From Octopus vulgaris (Eukaryota), in NCBI GenBank assembly GCA_951406725.2, contig OX597828.1, positions 2,666,001 to 2,730,000 on the forward strand: a DNA stretch of 64,000 nucleotides, read 5' to 3'. The translations under genes were made by a program, and so were the position numbers. Below the pieces are notes generated by a model. The model had not been told where the DNA came from, made no database searches, and worked only from the letters and a program-made list of their open reading frames with translations. This document shows, one piece after another, positions 28,132-39,218 of this stretch. Position 1 is the stretch's first letter, and every line of letters starts with the position of its first letter.

Positions 28132-28649
28132 CGGTACCACATGAGCACTTGCATGGCTAAAAATAGAAGTCAAAAATACTTCTGTACCACAGAATACGCA
28201 CAAATCTAATACAGGCACGGTGGAAAAAAATTCAGTAAACATTAAAAACGTCTTACCTCTGCTAGGTCAGCACAAGCATATATATATATATAGTAGTATT
28301 ATTATAAGCCGATTTCATTCGAGTCTACTCGGGCCACATTTTAAAGATGAAGAATTAAAAAAAAACGAAAACTTTATAAAAAAGAAAATGAGGGCAAAAG
28401 CACTCTTTTCACTTTGTAAAATCGTTTCCTAGTAGCCGGAATTTCGCGACAAACTGTATGTTTATTAAGCACAATAGCCTGCAGGGCATGCCGCTGGGCA
28501 TTAAAAGCCAATCGCACACACCTAGAGGGGCTCTGGGCCTCCTTGAATCGATAAAAAACATCACTCTTTTTGCCATAGCAACCACATCTTTATAGATGCG
28601 AATATAAATGTATGTATATATATATATATATATACATACATACATAAAC

Positions 28650-28702
<53 letters not shown>

Positions 28703-28850
28703 CATACATAAACATACATACATAAACATATATATATATATATATATATATAACGGGAAGCTTTATGAAAATAGACAAAAGACGAAGGCAGGTGGAAAAC
28801 AAACAAACAATTGTATTAGTATGGCGCTCAGGAAATATAAATAAAACAAG

Positions 28851-28888
28851 TCTTTAACGTTTCGAGCCTACGCTCTTCAACAGAAAGA
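28851..28888 (-). ncRNA. Minimal hammerhead-like motif (core CUGUUGA)
   Basis: Minus strand tcttt-CTGTTGA-A-GAGC-gtag-GCTC-GAAAC-GTT-aaaga. Confidence 0.62.
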
Positions 28889-29052
28889 TACACAGAGAAA
28901 AAAACACAGAAAGAAGGAGAGAAAAAAAATGCGTGCAGTAACTAACGAATCAACATGGCGATCTGATTTCGGCCAGAGGTCAAAGATCAAACATGAGACG
29001 CGAGAGCGAAATTAGGGGAGATAATAGGGTTGAATGACCTGCTCCAACATAA

Positions 29053-29260
29053 GGTGTGTGTGTGTGTGTGTATGAGAGAGTATTAGTGCGTATGAGAGGT
29101 CTGGACGTGTGTATGTATAGGGTTGGTGTATGTATTAGTATGTATTAGTATGTATAAGGGTGTGTGTGTGTGTGTGTATGAGAGAGTATTAGTGCGTAGA
29201 GAGGTCTGGACGTGTGTATGTATGGGGTTGGTGTATGTATTAGTATGTATTAGTATGTAT
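29053..29260. repeat. About 105-bp tandem duplication
   Basis: (GT)n-ATGAGAGAGTATTAGTGCGTA..GAGGTCTGGACGTGTGTATG..GGTTGGTGTATGTATTAGTATG occurs twice. Confidence 0.85.
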
Positions 29261-29591
29261 TAGTTGGTGTATGTATTAGTATGGCACATCATATATGATG
29301 TGATGTGTAAAGTCGTGTGGTGTAGTGTGGAGAGAGGAGAAGAGGGGGAGGGGGAGAGGAGGGGGAGAGGAGGGGGATAATGAAGGGGAGGAGGAGGGGA
29401 GGAGGAAGGAGGAAAGAGGGATAGGGAGAGAGAGAAGGGGAGTGAGGGAGCAGAGGGAAGGAGAAGGAGGGAGGGAGAAAGAGGGAAGAAGGGAAGGGGA
29501 GTAGGAGTGAAAGGATGAAGGACTGAAGAAGTAGGGGTCGGGGGGAAGGTAGGTGAGGTGGGGGAGAGGGGGTTAGATGAGGAGGGGGGAG

Positions 29592-29890
29592 AGTTGAGAC
29601 CAAATGGCGTATAAGAGCGAAGAGAGAAGATTAATTCCTGTTCACGGCGCAAACGGGAATCCGGATGGCCTCTGTGTAAGGACAAACCGAACACAGATAG
29701 GTGTTGCAAGGAGTGACCGGTGGAGCGGAAATGGCGTGAGACCGGTGTGTCGTTCGCAAGGTGGATGTCACGAAGGTGTTCCGCGAACCGGTCAGCCAAG
29801 CGGCGTCCCGTTTGTCCGATGTACAAGGAATGGCAGAGAGAGCAAGAGACGCAATAGATAATATTGCTGGAGGTGCTTTTTGTAAGGAGC
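29592..29890 (-). pseudogene. Penelope GIY-YIG endonuclease domain
   Basis: [58 protein letters not shown], with the CCHH pattern typical of PLE endonucleases. The 5' end is truncated at a TA run. Confidence 0.92.
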
Positions 29891-29891
29891 C

Positions 29892-29943
<52 letters not shown>

Positions 29944-30072
29944 TAGATATATACACAATATATATATATGTATATATACATATATATATATGCATGCATG
30001 TATATGTACACATATATATATACACATACATACATGCATACATATACTTATATATATATACATACATATATA

Positions 30073-31361
30073 CGAGGGACGTTCAATAAGTAATGCCTCT
30101 GACCCACTTGCAGTTGTTTGATCTATCTGAAATTTTGCATGTGCAATCATTTATATCTCTATAGAGTAAGTGGCAAATTACAGCTCTGAATTAATTGTGG
30201 TTTCTGATTTACAGGTGTTTGAACCAAGTCAAGTGTGAAATGGAGCCTGTTGAGTGTCGAGCAGTGATGCGGTTTTTGTATTTGAAAGGACGCACACCAC
30301 GGGAGACTTTTGATGAAATGAAAGTAACTTATGGTGATGATGCCTCATCATATGACCTTGTAAAACGCTGGCATCGTGAATTCAAACATGATCGGAACTC
30401 TGTGGAAACAGCTCCCAGATCTGGTCGCCCCTTCTGTCATTGATGAGGCATCTGTCCGTCAAGTTGAGGCTGCCATTTTGGAAGATCGACGCATAATTAT
30501 TCGCCAAATAGCCCATGAGGTCAAGATTAGTACCGGGTCTGTGGAAACTATCATTCATGACCATTTGCATATGCAAAAGGTGTCTGCCAGATGGATTCCC
30601 AGGTTGCTCACGCCTTCCCAGAAGCAAGAACGCGTCGAGTGCTCGAGGGCGAATTTGGAGATGTGCCAAGAAGATGAGTCAAAATTTTTCAAAAGACTGA
30701 TTACACAGGATGAAACCTGGGTCCATCACGATGATCCAGAGACCAAAGCCCAGTCAATGCAGTGGAAGCACCGTGACTCACCCCTCCAAAGAAGGCAAGG
30801 GTGCAGCCCTCCGCTGGCAAGGTCATGCTCACAGTCTTCTGGGACCAGAACGGAGTAGTGATGACAGATTTCCTGGCAAAGGATACCACAATTGCAGGAG
30901 CCTATTATGTTTCACTTTTGAGGAAATTAAGAGAAGTTATCAAAATCAAGAGGCGGGGCAAGATCAGCAAAGGCATCCTCCTCCTGTAGGACAACGCTCC
31001 GGTCCACAACTCGCTTGTCGCCAGATCAGAAGCACAGGCGTATGGCTATGAACTCCTCCCCATCCCCCCTACTTTCCTGACCTTGCACCCTCTGATTTTC
31101 ACCTCTTCCCAATCATGAAGTTGTTTTTGAAAGGAAAGCGTTTCCTAGATGATGCAGCCTTGATTTCTGAAGTTACATTGAGGTTGGAGGACCAAGCTGG
31201 GTTCTTCTACAAAAACGGTCTCCAGAGCCGCATCAAACGATGGGAGAAATGCGTAACTCTGGGTGGTTCCTATGTAGAAAAAGTCTAATAACTGTGCCAA
31301 GTTTCGTTGCCCTACTTCTATGGGAAGTGGGTCAGGGGCATTACTTATTAAACGCCAATTG
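30073..31361 (+). mobile_element. Mariner transposon (irritans/Himar-like), full length, decayed
   Basis: TA-flanked imperfect TIRs (..CGTTYAATAAGTAATGCCYCTGACCCACTT); about 1.29 kb. Confidence 0.93.
30240..31288 (+). pseudogene. Mariner DD34D transposase with frameshifts and a stop
   Basis: MEPVECRAVMRFL.., ARWIPRLL, ITQDETW, SAGKVMLTVFWD, LL*DNAPVH, PDLAPSDFHLFP, ending GSYVEKV*. Confidence 0.93.
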
Positions 31362-31490
31362 TATATATATATATATATATAGTTAATCCAAACAAGAAAA
31401 GACAGAAAAAAACACAGAAAAAAACACAGCAACGCGAGGACGTGGAACAATTAAAGTATTATTTGACGCTCAGGAAAGAAGGGAAGGAGG

Positions 31491-31525
31491 GTTTAACGTT
31501 TCGAGCGGAGCTCTTCGTCGGAAAC
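31491..31525 (-). ncRNA. Minimal hammerhead-like motif (core CCGACGA)
   Basis: Minus strand gttt-CCGACGA-A-GAGC-tcc-GCTC-GAAAC-GTT-aaac. Confidence 0.62.
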
Positions 31526-31849
31526 AAGGAGAAGGAAAGATCCCGAGAAGGGAAGACAGAGGAAAAAATATTTTTGCTGGTGGTGCTCAAGAAATCACAT
31601 GTTGAAAGAACAGAAGTTGAGAGGTAGACGAATCATGATTTTTAAAAACAAGAGAGTTTCAAAGACAAGGAATGTGTGTGGGTGCGTGTGTGTGTGTGTG
31701 TGCAAGGATGACAAGTGTGTTTGTGCGTGAGTGCGTGTGTGTGTGTGTGTATGTATGGTGAATAATAGGCATAACAAGCTAGCAGTCATAAAGGAGTGGC
31801 ACTTGTTGTATCCAGCCAGGTCAAAACCAGGTTAAAAAACAAAGGGGTA

Positions 31850-32413
31850 TATGTGTGTGCGTGTAAGTATACGTATCATGTGTGTGTGTTGTTTGTAGTG
31901 TGTGTGTGTGCATGTGTGTGTTCGTGTGTGTATGCGTAGAGTTTGGGTGTGTGGCGAGTAACTGTGCTTAACCTAGTGTATGTGTGCGTGTGTGCTTGTA
32001 CGTGCGTGTGTGTGTGTAGGGATGTATGTGTGGGTTCATTTGTGTGAGTGTGTATGTATGTACGTGTATGTGTGTGCGTGTATGTGTGCGTTTGTATGTG
32101 TTTATGTGTATGTGTGCGTGCCCGGATAGGTGTATATTGTGTATGTATATCTGTCGGTGTGTATGTGAGTTTGCGTGTGTTTGTACGTGTGTATGTGTGT
32201 GTGCGTGTATAGTATATATATGTAAATGTGTGTGTGTGTGCGTGTGTGTGTACGTGCGTGCGAGTGAATGTATGTATATATGTGTGCGTGTGTGTACAAT
32301 GTAGAGGCTTATATGTGTGTTTATATGTTTATATGTGTGTATGTATGTATGTGTGTATGTGTGTAAGTGTGTGTGTGTATGTATGTGTATGTATGTATGT
32401 GTGCATGCGTGTA

Positions 32414-32448
<35 letters not shown>

Positions 32449-32844
32449 ATGTGTGTGTATGTATGTATCTATGTATGTATGTGTGTACGTATGTGTGTGT
32501 ATGTTTGTATGTGTGTATGTGTATGTGTATGTATGTGTGTATATGTATGCATGTGTGTATGTATGTATGTATGTGTGTGTATGTGTGTATGTATGTATGT
32601 ATGTATGTATGTGTGTGTATGTATGTGTGTATGTGTATGTGTATATGTGTGTGTATGTATGTGTGTGTATGTATGTGTGTGTATGTATGTATGTGTGCCT
32701 GTGTGTATGTGTGCATGTGTGTGTGTATGTATGTATGTATATGTATGTATGTGTGTATGTATGTATCTATGTATGTATTTGTGTATGTATGTGTGTGTGC
32801 ATGTATGTGTGCATGTGTGTATGTGTGTGTGTATGTATGTATGT

Positions 32845-32894
<50 letters not shown>

Positions 32895-32895
32895 A

Positions 32896-32930
<35 letters not shown>

Positions 32931-34122
32931 ATGTATGTATATGTGTGTGTATGTGTGTAAGTGTGTGTGTGTATGTATGTATGTATGTACATATGTGTGT
33001 ATGTATGTATTTATGCATGCGTGTATGTGTGTATGTGCGTGTGTGTACGTATGTATGTACATGTATGTGTGTAGTGTATGTATGTGTGTGAGTGTGTATG
33101 TATGTATGTATGTGTGCATGTGCATGTGTATGTGTGTATGTGTGTGTGTGTGTATGTATGTATATATATGTGTGTGAATGTGTGTGTGTATGTGTGTATA
33201 TGTGTGTGTATGTGCGTATGTATGTATGTATGTATGTATGTGTGTGTATGTGTATGTGTGTATGTGTGTGTATGTATGCATGTATGTATGTATGTATGTG
33301 TGTGTATGTATGTGTGTATGTGTGTGTGTATGTATGTATATATATGTGTGTGTATGTGTGTGTATGTGTGTATGTATGTATGTATGTATGTATGTATGTA
33401 TGTATGTATGTGTGTGTGTGTATGTATGTGTGTATGTGTGTAAGTGTGTGTGTGTATGTATGTATGTATGTACGTGTGTGTGTATGTATGTGTGTGTATG
33501 TATGTATGTGTGCGTGCGTGTGTGTGTATGTGTGTATGTATGTATGTATGTTTGTGTATGTATCTATGTATGTATGTGTGTATGTATGTGTGTATATATG
33601 TATGTGTGTGTATGTATGTATGTGTGTATGTGTGTGTGTATGTGTATGTATGTATGTATATGTATGCGTGTGTGTATGTATGTATGTGTGTATGTGTGTA
33701 AGTATGTATGTATGTGTGTGTATGTAAGTGTGTGTGTATGTATGTATGTACGGGTGTATATGTGTACGTTTGTGTGTATGTGTATGTGTATGTATGTATA
33801 CGTACGCGTGTGTGTATGTGTGTATAGTATGTATGTGTGCGTATGTGTGTGTATGTATGTGTATGTATGTATGTATGTATGTGCATGCGTGTATGTGTGC
33901 ATGTGTGTGTCTGTGTGTATGTATGTATATGCATGTGCGTGTGTGTATGCATATATGTGTTTATGTATGTATGTGTGTATGTATGCGTGTGTGTGTGTGT
34001 ATGTATGTGTGTGTGTGTGTATATGTGTGTGTATGTATGTGTATGTATGCGTGTGTGTATGTAAGTATGTGTGTATGTATGTATCTATGTGTGTGTGTAT
34101 GTGTGTGTGTATGTATGTGTGT
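31850..34122. repeat. About 2.3-kb compound (TG)n/(TATG)n microsatellite
   Basis: Almost continuous alternating purine-pyrimidine TG/TA/TATG units. Confidence 0.97.
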
Positions 34123-34493
34123 CCTATATACAGCATTCCGCAGAGGTTGCATTTAATGCAGTATATGAGTCCAGACGTGGTGCACGTAAAAGAATGTCTG
34201 ATACGTACAGTTCGCTGGTTTGAACCGGTGACAGCAGTGGTGTTGGTGATGAAGGGGCAGGTGTTGCAGCGACATATATATATATATATATATACATATA
34301 TACATATATATACATATATATACATATAAATATATATATATATACATACATACATATATATATAATATAAATAATAAATATATGCATATATACATATATA
34401 TATGTACATACCTACATATATATGTATATATACATGCATATATGGGTACAGGACATCAAAAAAACGTTGAACACAATGAGAAACGAAATCTAT

Positions 34494-34528
<35 letters not shown>

Positions 34529-34692
34529 CAAATTAGTAAATAAATGGCACAACTAAGTACCGATATTTACTGGAAATAGCGAACGTAAAAATACGACGCT
34601 AATGTGTAGCTTCACCGCGTATGTACTAGCAAAAATGTGTGTGTGCAACAAATTAGAGAAAAAAAAACGTCTTACCTCCAAGGAGAACATCT

Positions 34693-35088
34693 CTTTACTC
34701 TTTTACTTGTTTCAGTCACTTTGACTGTGGCCATGCTGGAGCACCGCCTTTAGTCGAGCAAATCGACCCAGGACAGTCTTCGTAAGCCTAGTACTTATTC
34801 TATCGGTCTCTTTTGCCGAACCGCTAAGTTACGGGGACGTATTCACATCAGCATCGGTTGTCAAGCGATGTTGTGGGGACAAACACACACACACAAACAT
34901 ATACATATATATACATATATATATATACATATATACGACAGGCCTCTTTCAGTTTCCGCCTACCAAATCCACTCACAAGGCATTGGTCGACCCGGGGCTA
35001 TAGCAGAAGACACTTGCCCAAGATGCCACGCAGTGGGACTGAACCCGGAACCATGTGGTTGGTTAGCAAGCTACTTACCACACAGCCA
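34693..35088 (-). mobile_element. SINE family A
   Basis: Reverse complement of the 46395-46812 copy, with shared diagnostic bases. Confidence 0.9.
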
Positions 35089-35144
35089 CCATATATATAT
35101 ACATATATATACATATATATATATACATCTATATACATATAAAT

Positions 35145-35298
35145 ATATTGTTATATTTCGGAATGGTCATTTTGCCAGTTTAGTCAATAAAAACACACAC
35201 ACTATATATTTGGTGTTATTTTGCTTCAGTGTTATTTATTTTTTACATTAATTTATTGGCTAAACTGGCAAAATGACTATTCCGAAATATAACAATAT
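35145..35298. repeat. 47-bp inverted repeat with 60-bp spacer (MITE-like)
   Basis: Arms 35145-35191 and 35252-35298 differ at 2 positions. Confidence 0.9.
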
Positions 35299-35357
35299 CT
35301 GTTTCAACACACGACTTCACATAAAAAATCTTGCACAACAAATATTTAAAAACGTAC

Positions 35358-35427
<70 letters not shown>

Positions 35428-35454
35428 CATGCTTTTATCTATTTATTTTTAAAA

Positions 35455-35666
35455 ATTTTATTTATCTAGTTTCAGCTCACAAGCTGTGGCCATGCTGGGG
35501 CACCACCATTTGGTGTTGCTACATGATTTTACTTCACGAATGCTTTTTAGCAATTGCCATTTGGTGCATGAGAGAGTTCGATGCAGCTGCCCTCATCTGC
35601 ACCTCCTGCCGTGAAGTTGGTTCATCTGGGATACCTGACAAGAAGAGATCCAGTTTCATTTTAAAG
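35455..35666 (-). mobile_element. CR1-clade LINE extreme 3' end
   Basis: FKMKLDLFLSGIPDEPT..AAASNSLMHQ, then tail GGTGCCCCAGCATGGCCACAGCTTGTGAGCTGAAAC. A tail-only copy lies at 45865-45901. Confidence 0.75.
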
Positions 35667-37260
35667 AAATACATAATATATTATACATATATACAATATA
35701 AATAATATATAAATATATGCATATATATATATATATATGTACATACCTACATATATATGTATATATACATGCATATATGGGTACAGGACATCAAAAATAA
35801 CACAATGAGAAACGAAAAGCCCTCACCATTTGTTTTTACTGTTTTGTTCTCATTGTCCTGTTCTTGTTACCAATTTCACATTCCGCAAAAAATCTCAAAG
35901 TTTCCTTAATTTTCTTCGGGAAGGACTGTTTCAACGAAGTCGCGTCTTGAACAGATGAGTTTACAATCAAGTAGTTTATCTAGAATTTATTAAAGCCAGT
36001 CCCTTCTTTAACTATATGTACCAGAAAATTTGAACTCACCAATGTAAACTTTCAGCAGTTACGTTCCAATGAACGAGTGACAATTAAGTAGAATGAGTAG
36101 GTGTGACCTGCGCTTAATGGCCTGACGTAATTGATAGTTTCAATAGAAATGTGATGTTCTGTTTACAAATTGAATTTGATGATGTCTGATGAAAGTGAAT
36201 GCGTGTTTGTAGAGATAGGAGATTATGCTTTGGGTGCCTTGGGACCACTGTTCCAACATTTGCTAACGAGACCAGGTGCAGCAATAAAGATAGATAGATC
36301 TAGGTTTGAATCAAGCATGAGCAAAATTCTTGTAACGGGCATTATGAAACATTATACAACTAAATGAGATTACGTCACTGAAATAATACGTTACAGACGT
36401 TAACAAACATCTTATATAGCAGAAAACACCTTAGTGAATCATAAACATCCGATCGAAAAGAAGTGTAAGAAAAATAAAATAAAATTATTCGAACTAACAG
36501 GGTTGAATTTGAGGACTGTGGTATAAAATGTTAACTAAAAAGTTATATTTATATAATGTTAACATTCTGTGTGCCTACAAAAAGTCGAACAAGGTTCAAT
36601 AAAAGACTAGTGCCCACGTTTTCTGTAGGTGTATATAAAACTTTGTTCCGTAACAATTGCCTCTGAATTCTTGTGACGACGTGACATCAATCGGACAACT
36701 GTGCCCAAATAAATTTTTATTTTATGGTGTACATTGCACAATCCCGTTTGCTTTATTTCACTTTTAAAACGGTCTTTCTTTTTATATTTTATCAATATTC
36801 TTGATGCACATTGTCATCTTTATATGTAATTTTTTTGCTTGTCATGGTCGTCTTTTTCTGCATTCAAGTCCACATGGTCTCCCAAATCACGTTTTCTCCA
36901 ATACAGAAAGAATATATTAAATTTTTTTTTTCAGATATCCGGATACAATCTTTTGATTTGTGTGGATTTTAACCAGTAATGAATTATATAGCAAATATTA
37001 AAGAATTAACTCCTAAGATACGGAGTTAGCCAAAATAATAATAATAATAATAATAATAGAGTGATATAAAAGTCTGAGAAATGAAGAAGAGTGAGAAATA
37101 GAGTAAGGAAAGACATACACGGGAAGAAAGAAAATAAAACTGAGAGAAAGATGGCCTTTTTCACTTACATTACAAATGTTAAAAAAGACTTAAGTGTCAC
37201 AAATTTGCAGACTTCGCTGAAATTCTGACATTCCATTCTCGCTGTACTGAAGTATTGTTA

Positions 37261-37634
37261 TCTCTCTATATATAAACGGCAAAATGTCTGCGTGCGTGTC
37301 CTTTATACAAATCCACAATTTTTCAGTTAGAGGGCTCCTTTCTATGGTCATTCAAAACCGTCCAAGGGTGGTCGTGCACATCTTTACATTTCCCCAAAGC
37401 CATTAAAATATCAACAGAAGTGACATTTTTGTGAATTTTCTATCCAAAACCCAATCAAAATGCCCGAAACTTGATACGCCAATTGAATGCCAGCTAGCTG
37501 TATGTGATTGGTCGGAGATTTGGATAGTACTCGCGTGTATGTGCGCACGCACGCAGCTGTATATGCATGCACTAGCATTATGACCCGGCGTTGCCGAGTC
37601 ATAGTGCTTGTAGTCTTTATATTGCCAAAGCTAG
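37261..37634 (+). mobile_element. Non-autonomous Helitron related to 732-2187
   Basis: A|TCTCTCTATATATAAACGGCAAAATGTCTG..CCTTTATACAAATCCAC head matches the head at 2187; hairpin at 37571-37611 and CTAG|T at 37631-37635. Confidence 0.78.
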
Positions 37635-39021
37635 TATAAATTCACTGGTCTCCGGTCTAACATCATACTACGTATTACAAAGGCTTCCTGACTGGAGGAA
37701 ACATCATAATCACCATTATTGTCGTCGTCGTGCCTTATGATATACGGCACGGACAAAAGTTAGATCCTCTTCACTTACATCATCACCACATTTAAGAAAG
37801 TTATCAATTTTACATTATATCAATTAAGCTTCCTTGCAAAGCTAAAACGTTATGGCAGTATACAAACAACATTGTTGCCATGTAGCGATCATCGTAGTGT
37901 GAATCTGATTCCAAAATCCGAATATAATGAAGTGATTCAAACGAGGAATAAAAGTTATTATTCCTCGTAAGAACTACTTCACTCCTTTTACTTAATTAAT
38001 ATATTTGGCAAAGATATTAATGATACAACTCACTATTTCTCTTTTTCTGAAGCACTGAAGCCTCACATCTACGTAAGAAGAGGTTAATAATGTTAGCATT
38101 GTGGTATAGAGGCTGCCGTTGCGTGACAGTAATTTTTCCAGAAGCAAATAACAACAACCGGTTTCGAGCGGAGCTATTTTGGTTACGTTTTCAACAGTTT
38201 TAAAAAAGGGTCTGAACATCATAACTTCCTGTGCTGTAAATCTGAATCATTAGTCTAAAATAAAAATATATTATTAGGGTATCGGAGGCGGTTGCCATGG
38301 CTGCAGAAAATTAAAGCTACATGCTGTCTAGTTCAAATTTCATCGTGGCCGCTGTTGCCTTTCATCCCTCAAGTCTATAAAATAGTTACTAATAATGGTT
38401 GGTTCAGGAATAATAACAGACATGATGGTGGCGGTGGACAAGCAGAATCAGGAAGAGAGACAAAATGTTTTCAGTATTTAGTTAGATCTCTCAACGTTCA
38501 AATTTCCAATCCAAGTATGTGGCCTTGTATCCATGCTCACAATCAATCGGTCCAGCGCTAACTCACATACATTAAACAATTATTATGTTTATGTTTATTA
38601 TTATTATTATTGAGCCCTAACACAATTTTGATCTCGTACATTTATTCCAACAGTAGATGTAATCGTGTCTTATTTTCAGACACAGCATATCAAGAACTAC
38701 ATTATTCAATGGTCATTTTAATAAGAGTAAGGTGATATGTCTGCTGAGTGACCATGTAGGGATTTCTTCTTTGGCATTATTGTTGTTGTTATGAAGCAGA
38801 ATATTTGGCTCGGTCAGAAGACATCAGATCATATCAGTGCCTGGTCTCATACTTTACTGTCCTAAATTCGATAGATGGCACCGTCATCTGCGACTTTTAA
38901 TCTTTTAGCGTTAATGGAATAAATTTCTTAGTTTTCTATTATAGTTCTAATCTCATCCAAGATGCATTGTTGGAGCAAAAAACGAACCAGTATTTATCGA
39001 ATATTGAAGTAAGAAATGCAT

Positions 39022-39218
39022 GTTGCTTTCAAGTTTTGGCACAAGGCCAACAATTTCGGGGCTGGAGATAGGTCGATTAGGTCCACCAAAGTACTCAACT
39101 GGTAGTTGTTTTATCGATGAAAAGCAAAGTCAACCTCGGCGGAATTTGGACTCAGAAAGTAAAGACGGACGAAATGCCGCTAAGCATCTTGCCCGGCGTG
39201 CAAACGATTCTACCGCCT
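39022..39218 (-). mobile_element. SINE family B
   Basis: Reverse complement of the family B head and core. Confidence 0.75.

Larger units (their letters stand above)
28755..29890 (-). mobile_element. Penelope-like retroelement 3' part (GIY-YIG endonuclease plus tail with hammerhead motif)
   Basis: A GIY-YIG fragment is followed on the minus strand by a pyrimidine tract and the hammerhead-like terminal sequence. Confidence 0.8.
31385..34272 (-). mobile_element. Second Penelope-like (Neptune-type) remnant split by a giant microsatellite
   Basis: 34122-34272 encodes [32 protein letters not shown] (linker Cys motif plus start of GIY-YIG). A hammerhead-bearing tail lies at 31385-31560. That the two parts belong together is inferred. 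Confidence 0.65.

Noticed and set aside
28240-28262. AAAACGTCTTACCTC shared with about 34664 (minus-strand donor-like GAGGTAAG)
   Set aside because: The match is only about 15 bp and no exon could be defined.
32228-34329. Long ORFs (200-380 aa) rich in C/V/Y/M or H/T/I/Y
   Set aside because: These are translations of TG/TATG microsatellites, which lack stop codons. The same applies to all IYIYIY and THTHTH ORFs in the window.
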